Positions 1-7,871 are shown, numbered from the stretch's first letter. The stretch: DNA of 32,000 nucleotides from Bowmanella denitrificans (GCF_039522935.1 NZ_BAAAEI010000007.1:84501-116500), one strand, 5' to 3'. The notes: generated from the letters alone by a model not told the origin. Made by a program: numbers and translations.

Positions 1-532
1 ATACGCTTTCCTTGGGCAGGGCCAGCAGCACATTGGCGCGGGTTATGGCGCTGATATCTTCAATAGTACGGGCGAGCTGTTGTTCACGGGCATGTTTTAA
101 GCGTTCTTTTTCCACCCTTTGGCTGACACCAAAGCCCATATCCTGCATGATGATATCGGTGCCGCTGTTAGCTTCCTGGCTGATGCCCTGGCGTGCCATG
201 CCCAGTTTGATGTTTTGATACTGCTCTTCGTTTACATAAACAACGTTGCCTTCCAGGCGGTAATCAATCTGATTCTGATCCAGATAATCCAGCGTCTGAA
301 TAAGCTCTTCGGTGGGCATCTTGGCCAGCGGGCGGTAGTCCGGCTCCTGGGCCCAGATAACAATAAACACGGCAATGGCCACACAAATAACCAGCGCCAC
401 AATCAAGGTAATCTGACGCAGCAAGTCGATGCCGCCCAGGCCTTCCATAAAACCGGAGCGCTGTTCCGGGTTGTTGTCGGCCTCGGGGGCGTTGCCCGTT
501 ACGGCCAGTTCTGTACCAGTTGTTTCTGCCAC
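1..532 (-). CDS. fliF: Flagellar M-ring protein FliF, N-terminal 177 codons (gene runs off the window start)
   Basis: This is my own minus-strand translation; the gene is absent from the ORF track because it leaves the window. It starts at GTG 532, with GGGAG 7 nt upstream and an in-frame TAA two codons upstream. The product reads VAETTGTELAV..GIDLLRQITLIVALVICVAIAVFIVIWAQEPDYRPLAKMPTEELIQTLDYLDQNQIDYRLEGNVVYVNEEQYQNIKLGMARQGISQE..GFGVSQRVEKERLKHAREQQLARTIEDISAITRANVLLALPKESV. That is one TM helix followed by the conserved FliF/YscJ-type periplasmic region. It lies immediately after fliE, as in other flagellar loci. Confidence 0.9.
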   Translation of the reverse strand, partial: MAETTGTELAVTGNAPEADNNPEQRSGFMEGLGGIDLLRQITLIVALVICVAIAVFIVIWAQEPDYRPLAKMPTEELIQTLDYLDQNQIDYRLEGNVVYVNEEQYQNIKLGMARQGISQEANSGTDIIMQDMGFGVSQRVEKERLKHAREQQLARTIEDISAITRANVLLALPKESV

Positions 533-546
533 AGCTTAGTCTCCCG

Positions 547-873
547 TTACACCGGCATATTCATAATTTGTTTGTAGGCTTCCATCACCTTATTGCGCAC
601 CTGCACTGTGGCCTCAAAGGCAATGCCGGATTTCTCCTTGGCCACCATCACATCCACCAGGCTCAGGCTTTTATCGCCCATTTCAAATGCCACCTGCTTG
701 TTTCTGGAGTCAAACTGCAACTCGTTCACATTGTCCAGCGCTTGTTTCAGCATATCGCCAAAATTCTGTGAACTGGGGTTGGTTACCAGTGGTTGCGCCT
801 GACTGCTGTCCAGGCTGGCCTGACGGGCCAACGACTGCAGTTCGCTGTACAAGGATTGGGCTTTAATATCCAT
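547..873 (-). CDS. fliE: Flagellar hook-basal body complex protein FliE
   Basis: ORF 547..885 has the conserved FliE C-terminus (FGDMLKQALDNVNELQ...ATVQVRNKVMEAYKQIMNMPV). I prefer the second ATG at 873 (MDIKAQ...) because GGAG lies 6 nt upstream of it, whereas the ATG at 885 has no Shine-Dalgarno. Confidence 0.9.
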   Translation of the reverse strand: MDIKAQSLYSELQSLARQASLDSSQAQPLVTNPSSQNFGDMLKQALDNVNELQFDSRNKQVAFEMGDKSLSLVDVMVAKEKSGIAFEATVQVRNKVMEAYKQIMNMPV

Positions 874-920
874 CGGCGGCTCCATAAACTGGGCGTGGAA
901 TAATTGACTAGCAGAACCCT

Positions 921-936
921 AGCAATACTAGTGCCA
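921..936 (-). promoter_or_regulatory. Sigma54 (RpoN) -24/-12 promoter upstream of fliE-fliF
   Basis: The minus strand reads TGGCAC-TAGTA-TTGCT, an exact match to the TGGCAC-N5-TTGCW core. It lies about 50 nt upstream of the fliE start. fliE operons are sigma54-dependent in the Vibrio and Pseudomonas flagellar hierarchies. Confidence 0.8.
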
Positions 937-1018
937 TATTATTTATTCCTTTAAATTCAAGTAGTTGACAGGTTTGCTAGGATAGCGTGACGGGAATTTG
1001 GCGGCGGATATAGATTAT

Positions 1019-1207
1019 CACCACAGAGACACGAAGAACACGGAGATTCACAGAGGTTTCATGGCATTATCTCGGCGAGCTCTGCGGCTTGGCGAGAGTG
1101 GCTTTTCGCTGATACCGGAATACTTCACACAGAGACGCTGGGGGCGCTGAGAAAAGCTCGCAGAGTATTCTAATCATTCAGTAACTCTGCGTTTCTCTGC
1201 GTCTCCG
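1019..1207. repeat. Cluster of short imperfect REP-like repeats (CACAGAG / CTCTGCG family) in the flrC-fliE intergenic region
   Basis: Forward copies of CACAGAG[A/G] lie at 1022-1029, 1049-1056 and 1128-1135, with CGCAGAG at 1159-1165. Reverse-complement copies CTCTGCG lie at 1080-1086, 1185-1191 and 1195-1201. An 8-bp inverted pair pairs 1159-1166 with 1184-1191. Confidence 0.6.
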
Positions 1208-1245
1208 CAAGAAATGTTTGGTATTTTTCGGGGCCAGAAGTTTGT

Positions 1246-2583
1246 TCAGGCCGGCACCTCAATCCCTACATCGCGCATTCTGGCCAGCTTGTAGCGCAAA
1301 GTACGGGGGCTGATCCCCAATTTATCTGCTACGGCCTTGCGGCTACCATTACAGGATTTGAGTGTGTCGAGAATTATCTGGTGCTCCTGCTGTTGCAACT
1401 CCATCCCCAGCTTGCTGCCTTCAGGCTCGGTATCCAGTTCCGGCAGCTCATGAGGCAAGTCCGGCTCCAGCATCAAATCCATGGCATCAATCTGCTCATC
1501 TGTGGCCAGAATAAGGGCGCGCTGAATAACGTTTTCCAGTTCCCGTACATTACCTGGCCAGCTATATTGCTGCAGTTTATTACGCGCCGAAGCGCTAAGC
1601 ACAGGAATGGCCGCCCCTACTTTCTGGCTGTGTCGTTCAATCAGGTGCTGGGCCAGCGGAATAATATCGCCAGGACGTTGGGCTAAAGGCGACCAAGTTA
1701 ATGGAAACACATTGAGGCGGTAATATAAGTCTTCGCGAAAATCGCCCCGCGCCACCGCCTGACGTAAGTCGCGGTTACTGGTTGCCACTACACGCACATC
1801 CAGGTCGATGGTTTTACGACTGCCCAGGCGCTCGACTTCCTTTTCCTGCAACACGCGCAATAACTTGGCTTGCAGAGCCAGATCCATCTCGGTAATTTCA
1901 TCCAGCAAAATGGTGCCGCCCTGAGCCTGTTCGAACTTGCCCGGACAAGCCTGCAGCGCGCCGGTGAAAGCGCCTTTTTCATAACCAAACAAAGTGGCTT
2001 CGAGCATATTCTCCGGAATCGCCGCACAGTTAATTGCCACAAAAGGCTGTTCACTGCGACTGGACTGGTCATGAATATAGCGGGCTAGCACTTCCTTTCC
2101 GGAGCCGCTCGGGCCCAACACCATCACAGTGGCATCGGCCTTAGCCACTTTTTTGGCCAGTTCCAGTAGTTTTTTACTGGCAGGGTCTGCCACCACAGGC
2201 TGGCGGGATTCCACCTTCTGCGCTGGTGCATAACGCCCAACCAGATTAAGTAGCACCTGCGGAGCGAATGGTTTGGCCAGATAATCCGTGGCACCGTCGC
2301 GCATGGCCTGCACTGCGTCGTCAATTGTGGCATATGCCGTCATCAGCAGCACCGGCAAATTAGGTAGCTTCTGCTTAATGCTGCGCAGCAGCGACAAACC
2401 AGACATTTGCCCCATCTGAATATCACTGACCACCAAGTCCACCGGCTCCTGGCCGAGGATCGCCATAGCGGCTTCCGCACAATCGGCTTCCACAATCTGA
2501 TAGCCGCCCAGCAGTAAGGTATCAATCAGTGCTTCGCGCAAACCAGCGTCGTCTTCAACAATCAGGATTTTACTGTTACTCAT
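1246..2583 (-). CDS. flrC: Sigma54-dependent flagellar response regulator (FlrC/FleR type)
   Basis: ORF 1246..2592 has a receiver domain (DLVVSDIQMGQMSG), an AAA+ Walker A (GPSGSGKE), the sigma54-contact motif GAFTGA (EKGAFTGA) and a C-terminal Fis-type HTH (VADKLGISPRTLRYKLARM). The likely start is ATG 2583 (MSNSKILIVEDD). It forms an ATGA overlap with the flrB stop and has AGGAG 8 nt upstream. Confidence 0.9.
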   Translation of the reverse strand: MSNSKILIVEDDAGLREALIDTLLLGGYQIVEADCAEAAMAILGQEPVDLVVSDIQMGQMSGLSLLRSIKQKLPNLPVLLMTAYATIDDAVQAMRDGATDYLAKPFAPQVLLNLVGRYAPAQKVESRQPVVADPASKKLLELAKKVAKADATVMVLGPSGSGKEVLARYIHDQSSRSEQPFVAINCAAIPENMLEATLFGYEKGAFTGALQACPGKFEQAQGGTILLDEITEMDLALQAKLLRVLQEKEVERLGSRKTIDLDVRVVATSNRDLRQAVARGDFREDLYYRLNVFPLTWSPLAQRPGDIIPLAQHLIERHSQKVGAAIPVLSASARNKLQQYSWPGNVRELENVIQRALILATDEQIDAMDLMLEPDLPHELPELDTEPEGSKLGMELQQQEHQIILDTLKSCNGSRKAVADKLGISPRTLRYKLARMRDVGIEVPA

Positions 2584-3698
2584 CCTCTGCACTCCTTAGG
2601 AGTTAAGGTTTTTTCCAGTTGCCGCAAGATGGGCAAGCGAATATCAAATTTGGCCCCACCCTGTTCCAGATTGGCCGCCCGCACCTGGCCCTGATGGGAC
2701 TGGGCAACGGCCTTGACCACCGCCAGACCAAGACCTGTGCCCTGGCTTTTGGTGGTATAGAATGGGTCAAAAATATGCAGCAACTGCGCTTTGGGAATGC
2801 CCGGGCCGTTGTCTGCCACGCTGATCACCACTTCGGTTGGATTGAGGGGATCGCGCCCGGCTTGCAGGTGAATACGGCAGCCCTTGGGCATGGCCTGAAT
2901 GCTGTTGTGAATCAGGTTCTGCAGGGCACTGGCCAGGGCGGTTTTATTGCCCAGTACCAGAATATCCGGCTCGGGAAGCTCCACGGTCAGAATGGCCTGA
3001 CGCGCCATCAACATCGCTTCGGCACCGGCTTCTACTTCCAGCATCAGGCTTTGCAGCGATAACTCACTGACCACCTGCTGTTCGCCGCTTTTAGCAAACA
3101 GCAACATATCATTCACCTGCTGCTCTAAATCTTTAAGCCGGAATAGCAGTTTGTCGGCAAACTGGCCTCTGGCATCCAGTGTCAGAGTGGTGTTTTGTAA
3201 ATTGGCCGCATATAACATAGCCGCAGATAACGGCGTGCGGATCTGATGGGCCAGGGATGCGACCATACGCCCTAAGGACGACAGCTTCTGCATATGGCTG
3301 AGCTGCTGCTGCAGGCGCCGGGTTTCGGTCAGATCGGTCAGCACAATCAACTGACCGGGTTCCAGCTCCAATGGGCTGATAGACAGTTTCACCTTGCGAC
3401 CATCACGCAACGATATCTCATGACCATCATCGGCACGCGGCTTAAAGGAACGTTGAATTATAGTGCGCCAGGCCTCGCCTTCCAAAGGCTCGCCCAGCAA
3501 TTCAATGGCAACCTGATTGGCCTGGCGTACCTGGCCATGGCCGTCCACCACAATCACGCCGGCCGGCATCACCTCTAGCAAATGCTCCAACCGCGAGGAC
3601 TGTTGCTGTAAACGCAAAAGCTCACCGGCGTCGGGTAAAATCTCCATTTGTGAATGGAGAGTGGTTTGGTCTGCAGCGGCGTTAGGCTGGCTAAGCAT
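2580..3698 (-). CDS. flrB: Cytoplasmic PAS sensor histidine kinase (FlrB/FleS type)
   Basis: The protein has no TM segment. It carries a PAS-like N-terminus (MPAGVIVVDGHGQVRQANQVAIELLG), an H-box (SLAHQIRTPLSAA), an N box (LIHNSIQAM) and G boxes (DNGPGI, GTGLGLAVV). It is translationally coupled to flrC, and GAGG lies 6 nt before the ATG. Confidence 0.9.
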   Translation of the reverse strand: MLSQPNAAADQTTLHSQMEILPDAGELLRLQQQSSRLEHLLEVMPAGVIVVDGHGQVRQANQVAIELLGEPLEGEAWRTIIQRSFKPRADDGHEISLRDGRKVKLSISPLELEPGQLIVLTDLTETRRLQQQLSHMQKLSSLGRMVASLAHQIRTPLSAAMLYAANLQNTTLTLDARGQFADKLLFRLKDLEQQVNDMLLFAKSGEQQVVSELSLQSLMLEVEAGAEAMLMARQAILTVELPEPDILVLGNKTALASALQNLIHNSIQAMPKGCRIHLQAGRDPLNPTEVVISVADNGPGIPKAQLLHIFDPFYTTKSQGTGLGLAVVKAVAQSHQGQVRAANLEQGGAKFDIRLPILRQLEKTLTPKECRG

Positions 3699-3736
3699 GG
3701 CTACCTCATGTCAAAACTTGGACGTTATACAACGGA

Positions 3737-3752
3737 CATAAGGGCAAAGCAG
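3737..3752 (-). promoter_or_regulatory. Sigma54 -24/-12 promoter upstream of flrBC
   Basis: The minus strand reads TGGCAC-GGTCT-CTGCT, with correct GG-N10-GC spacing and one mismatch in the -12 element. It lies about 40 nt upstream of the flrB ATG. Confidence 0.7.
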
Positions 3753-3825
3753 AGACCGTGCCAGTTTTTAGCCTATAAATATCAGTAGGTTAATCTATGT
3801 TTTTAGACGGCGGGAAATTGACAGC

Positions 3826-3855
3826 AATAAAAAAGCCCTCAAATTTAAGGGCTTT
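3826..3855 (-). terminator. Rho-independent terminator after wecA
   Basis: The minus strand reads AAAGCCCT-taaatttg-AGGGCTTT followed by TTTATT. That is an 8-bp stem and 8-nt loop, with a run of six T formed by the last three stem bases plus TTT. It starts 11 nt after the wecA stop. Confidence 0.85.
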
Positions 3856-3866
3856 GTAGTCAACAA

Positions 3867-4940
3867 TTAGCGCAAGCGCTTAAACAAATCCAGATTCTGG
3901 GCGTGGTTGCCCATCTTTTTGTCCTGCTTGATCATCAGGCTGTTGTACAGCACAAAGACTCCGATAAAGGCCAGTAATCTTGTGCTCTCACTGACACCCG
4001 CTAATTGGGTAACGATACCGACACAACTGGCCACCGCAGACACTACGCCGATAAAACAGGTGGCCTGGAAAGGGCTCAAGCCATTGAACAACATAATATG
4101 ATGTAAATGATCGCGACTGGCCCGCAGCGGTGACAAACCGGCTAATATCCTTCTCAGCATCACTGAGACCATATCCATCAAGGGCACCGCAATCAGCCAC
4201 AAGGCAGTTACAGGTTGAATAAAGGCGCCGTCGCCCTGAGTGAAATAAGCCAGCAACCAGATCATGGTCAGACCAATCAGCATACTACCCGCATCACCCA
4301 TAAAGACTTTATAGCGACCGCCTTTAAAGCGCCCAAAGTTAAAAAACAGGAACGCAAACAATGCGCCAAGGAACATAGCGGGCAACTCGGATGAAATGAC
4401 CACGCCTGAAAACAGCGCCAGAATCCCCATCGCCACGAAGGTATTAATGCTCAGGGTGCCTACCAGTCCATCAATGCCGTCTGTCATATTAAAAGCGTTG
4501 ATGGCGGCCACTACTGCTAACAAGGTAAACAGAGGCGCAAACCAACCAAGATTAATACTGCCACCACCGAAAAGATTACCCAGTTCACTGATATAGAGAT
4601 CGGCACCAAACACCATCAGTGAACCTATCAAAAACTGCGCCACCAGCCTTAAGCCAGCGTCTAAATCATGATAATCATCCAGCGCCCCGATCAACACCAT
4701 AAAGGCGGTGGAGATCAGATACAGCTTATATTGATTGTCAAAGTCCACGAACAAGAAACTACTAACACAGATAGCAGTATAAATGGCCAGCCCACCCACC
4801 AGCGGCACATCACCTATGTGCTGCTTGCGGGCGCAAGGTCTGTCCACCAGCCCCATACCGATAGCAAGGGGGCGGAAGGTCATCACACACAAAAAAGACG
4901 TGGCGAATGCTACAGCAACAACTATTGCAGTACTTAACAC
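3867..4940 (-). CDS. wecA: Undecaprenyl-phosphate HexNAc-1-phosphate transferase, polytopic MraY/WecA (PNPT) family
   Basis: The product is a 357-aa multi-TM protein. Its N-terminus RPLAIGMGLVDRPCARKQHIGDVPLVGGLAIY parallels E. coli WecA (as I recall it), and it has the family motifs DDYHDL and NAFNMTDGIDGL. It uses a GTG start. Confidence 0.85.
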   Translation of the reverse strand: MLSTAIVVAVAFATSFLCVMTFRPLAIGMGLVDRPCARKQHIGDVPLVGGLAIYTAICVSSFLFVDFDNQYKLYLISTAFMVLIGALDDYHDLDAGLRLVAQFLIGSLMVFGADLYISELGNLFGGGSINLGWFAPLFTLLAVVAAINAFNMTDGIDGLVGTLSINTFVAMGILALFSGVVISSELPAMFLGALFAFLFFNFGRFKGGRYKVFMGDAGSMLIGLTMIWLLAYFTQGDGAFIQPVTALWLIAVPLMDMVSVMLRRILAGLSPLRASRDHLHHIMLFNGLSPFQATCFIGVVSAVASCVGIVTQLAGVSESTRLLAFIGVFVLYNSLMIKQDKKMGNHAQNLDLFKRLR

Positions 4941-5317
4941 GATAAAACTCTACAAAGGAAAATTAAGGATAAGAAAACCTGTATAACCAGTTACTTTTGT
5001 CAGGTTCCTTCCTGCTAAAGCCCTAGTGGGCGCGGCAATTCTAAGAGATTGCAGCCGGTTCATCAAGTTCCTGCCCATATCCTATTCTCGTTATATTTAT
5101 ACTCTTCAGGCTTTACGGCCCAAAGCGCCAATGGACTGTTAGAGTGTATGCTTACCGAAAATTTAATCAACCGTACAAAATGTTATTAATTGATATTGTA
5201 TTTAACCTTGCTACAAAGTAGCACGTTGTGGTGGTGACCTCGCCGCACTGACCAACATGGCTTGGCCAAATAGCTGTTCCTACCTATCGATCACACAAGG
5301 AAGCCGACTCTGCCAAC

Positions 5318-5437
5318 CAAGGTCATAGCAGTAGTCAGATTGCTGACCTATTGCAGCCCCGCAGCTCGGAATATGGTTGGTGTCAACGCCAAGAACAAAC
5401 CAATATGGAAGGATTATATAATGCCAGACCAGGTTAG
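5318..5437 (+). pseudogene. Possible remnant of a transposase N-terminal HTH (IS630/Tc1-like), no intact ORF
   Basis: My translation gives QGHSSSQIADLLQPRSSEYGWCQRQEQTNMEGLYNARPG*. This resembles the GxS..IA..L..S...V..W......GL....RPG winged-helix pattern of IS630-type transposases. It is flanked by stops, and no catalytic domain is recognisable downstream. Confidence 0.3.
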
Positions 5438-5921
5438 AATTTAAAAAGTTCTGACTTGCTTATCGCCATGCTGAGGTTGATGCTCCAGCCGGTCTGTACT
5501 CCCTGAGTCAACAGAACTGAAAACTCTGTTATACCCTGCATAAAACCGAGAGCCGCAGCCATCAATGCGAAGTGATGTGGACATTGCATAAACAAGAGAA
5601 AGACTTTATGGCAGCATTCCCGTTCCCTGGCAAAGGCCATGGGACCATTAATGTGGCAGAGAAATAGGAACACTTATAATTAGCTCAATCGAGCAACATG
5701 CAACTTGTTTGCCTGGTGCTTCAAACAAGAAGAGGAAGTTGGGGTTTTCGTCTTTGCCATTGTGTCACCTAATGTGGTTGAGGCAACATCATCGCAGCTC
5801 TAATCAGGTGGCCTAATTCACTTGGCCACTACACAGCCGTCTTCAGCAGGCTGTGTATGGACAGATGAAGAACATTATGTTTATGCTGGACCAAATAGCC
5901 ATATACCTGAGTTTATTGTAG

Positions 5922-7871
5922 ATGAGCGATGACATTGGAACCTTGATAGAAGCAGGAAAGTTCAAAAAAGCACTGTCACTGTTGAAAAAAAATAAAAAAC
6001 CTAAGCACTTTCTATCCGCTGAGCAAGAAGCGCTTTGCTGGTTTAATACCAAACAATACAAATTAGCAAAAATTTCTTTTAGCGAAGCCCTGAATATGGC
6101 GACGGAACCACAGCAACGCATTAGAACGCTTAACAATCTGTCAGCAGTGGGACACTTTCTTCAAGATAAAGAACTGTCTAAAAACTCACTAATACAGAGT
6201 GTTAATATAGATGGTTCTATCGCCAACATTCAGGCAAGGATGAAGTTATGCAATATACTATTCGAAGAACAACATTATAGTGAAGCAGTGGAATTTGCCA
6301 AACCATTATTAAGTAATGAAGAGCAGAGCAATCGCACTTTATTCTTTATTATAGATTGCCATCAAAAAAACAATGATCGAGTTTCAATGCTTGAATGGCT
6401 TGACAAAGCTGTAGCAAGATCTAACTTTCTTGAAAAAAATTACTTACTCCAAGCTCTTAATTTATTTCATCAATGTAATGAGTTTGAAAAAGAGAGTTCT
6501 TTTTTTAAAAAGATAGAAAAATCAATTGAAAATGAAATTTGGTTTTCAGAAGTAAGAGACAGAATCACAACAAAAAATAACACAAGAACTATAAACTATA
6601 AAACAACAAGTTACATACCCTCTCATCGAGTGGATGGAGATAATCAACACGCCATTGATGTAACAAAAAAATTAATCACAACACTTGAAAAAAATGGAGC
6701 ATTTTTCGACCAAAGAATTCGCTTTGTAATTTTTGACGGGAATTTATCCATTGTCACTTCTCAGTCAATAGAAGACCCTACAGTTCTTATGTCCGTTCCT
6801 GTTCGCTGCATGCCTTTGTTAGACGACTATGAGTTTAGCATTGATACTAGCTATCAATTGATTTGTACTCCGAAAAAAGTACCTATGAACTCTGAATCCG
6901 TTCCAATCATGCAGTTGTTGATAGAGCTATATAATGCAACAGGAAAAATTCAACAGTGGAAGGATGTTTATCCTCTTACCGCATTGGCTGCCCATCCTGA
7001 GCTGTTGAACAAACTTTGCGAAAGTAAACGTCATTCCAGCTCACTCAATGCCATGCTGGATTTACTGCGTTCAGAAAAAAATGAGGAGTTATTGATCAGC
7101 AGTTATTTTTCATCTCGAAGATTTTCATATAATCAGAAAACACTTAAGACAGCGGGAGTTAGAACTCATAACGAAGTCGAATATGGGTTGCTATCTGTTA
7201 TTGATTTTCTAAACCACTCCATGCATGTGCCTGGCTATTCAGTGAATGAAGATAAGCCAAGCATTGAAGTAGCAGGTAACAAGCTTAACAGTGGAGATGA
7301 GATCTTTGTTAGATATAATTTTGACGATCCTGTAATTACTTATCTCACCTATGGCTTTGTAGACGAGCATGCCCCATGGTTTTTCAGTGTTCCTTTAGAA
7401 TTTCAAATTTCAAATGGATTGAATATAAGAGTACTTAATTGTACAGGTGCCGTTAACAATGCCAAAATACCTAAAGAAATGCAAGGGCTACGAGATTTTC
7501 TGCCTAGCACATTCGCATTAGAAGACAACAGGCTAGATATTAGCAGTCTGGTAATTCCAGGTAAAGATAGATGGACCAGCCTAATGATGATAGTTAACTT
7601 CATCCTTAACTATATAAACATCAGTGGATTATTTTCCAACTCAAATCAATTGGAAAGCGCGGCAAAAGAAATAATAAATAAAATTATCGAAATGAATGTT
7701 CTTTACTGGAAAGAACTCAGGAGTACTTGTCTTAAATTCGAAGGATACGAAAGCAAAGTACTAAAGCAACATCTACAAAATATTGAAAAACTATCTGATT
7801 TTGCACTAAGAAATATAGATAACTATATGGGAGCGTCAGGGTATTTATTAACCAACGATAAGCATCACTAA
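5922..7871 (+). CDS. TPR-like repeat protein with LSMT/SETD6-like SET domain (putative protein-lysine methyltransferase)
   Basis: This is a 649-aa ORF. Residues 1-200 are helical TPR-like repeats (for example EQHYSEAVEFAKPLL). The SET signatures are an N-SET strand block FDGNLSIVTSQSIEDPTVLMSVP, LLSVIDFLNHS (the D..NH motif), and SGDEIFVRYNFDDPVITYLTYGFVDEH (GE.vf..Y......YGF). A long insert separates the N-SET block from the NH motif. GC is very low (17/60 at 6541-6600). Confidence 0.55.
   Translation: MSDDIGTLIEAGKFKKALSLLKKNKKPKHFLSAEQEALCWFNTKQYKLAKISFSEALNMATEPQQRIRTLNNLSAVGHFLQDKELSKNSLIQSVNIDGSIANIQARMKLCNILFEEQHYSEAVEFAKPLLSNEEQSNRTLFFIIDCHQKNNDRVSMLEWLDKAVARSNFLEKNYLLQALNLFHQCNEFEKESSFFKKIEKSIENEIWFSEVRDRITTKNNTRTINYKTTSYIPSHRVDGDNQHAIDVTKKLITTLEKNGAFFDQRIRFVIFDGNLSIVTSQSIEDPTVLMSVPVRCMPLLDDYEFSIDTSYQLICTPKKVPMNSESVPIMQLLIELYNATGKIQQWKDVYPLTALAAHPELLNKLCESKRHSSSLNAMLDLLRSEKNEELLISSYFSSRRFSYNQKTLKTAGVRTHNEVEYGLLSVIDFLNHSMHVPGYSVNEDKPSIEVAGNKLNSGDEIFVRYNFDDPVITYLTYGFVDEHAPWFFSVPLEFQISNGLNIRVLNCTGAVNNAKIPKEMQGLRDFLPSTFALEDNRLDISSLVIPGKDRWTSLMMIVNFILNYINISGLFSNSNQLESAAKEIINKIIEMNVLYWKELRSTCLKFEGYESKVLKQHLQNIEKLSDFALRNIDNYMGASGYLLTNDKHH

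Noticed and set aside
12-802. Plus-strand ORFs 12..218, 119..577, 520..771 and 593..802
   Set aside because: They are antisense to the clearly conserved fliF and fliE reading frames. Their products are low-complexity or His/Leu-rich with no recognisable motifs. These are typical shadow ORFs.
1061-1150. Small plus-strand ORF (MALSRRALRLGESGFSLIPEYFTQRRWGR, 29 aa) in the flrC-fliE intergenic region
   Set aside because: It is composed almost entirely of the REP-like repeat units, has no ribosome-binding site, and such repeats commonly generate spurious ORFs.
5434-6136. Minus-strand ORFs 5434..5673 (79 aa) and 5843..6136 (97 aa)
   Set aside because: Both have Cys/Phe/Leu-rich odd composition, no Shine-Dalgarno and no recognisable motif. 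The second is antisense to the 5' end of the SET-domain gene.
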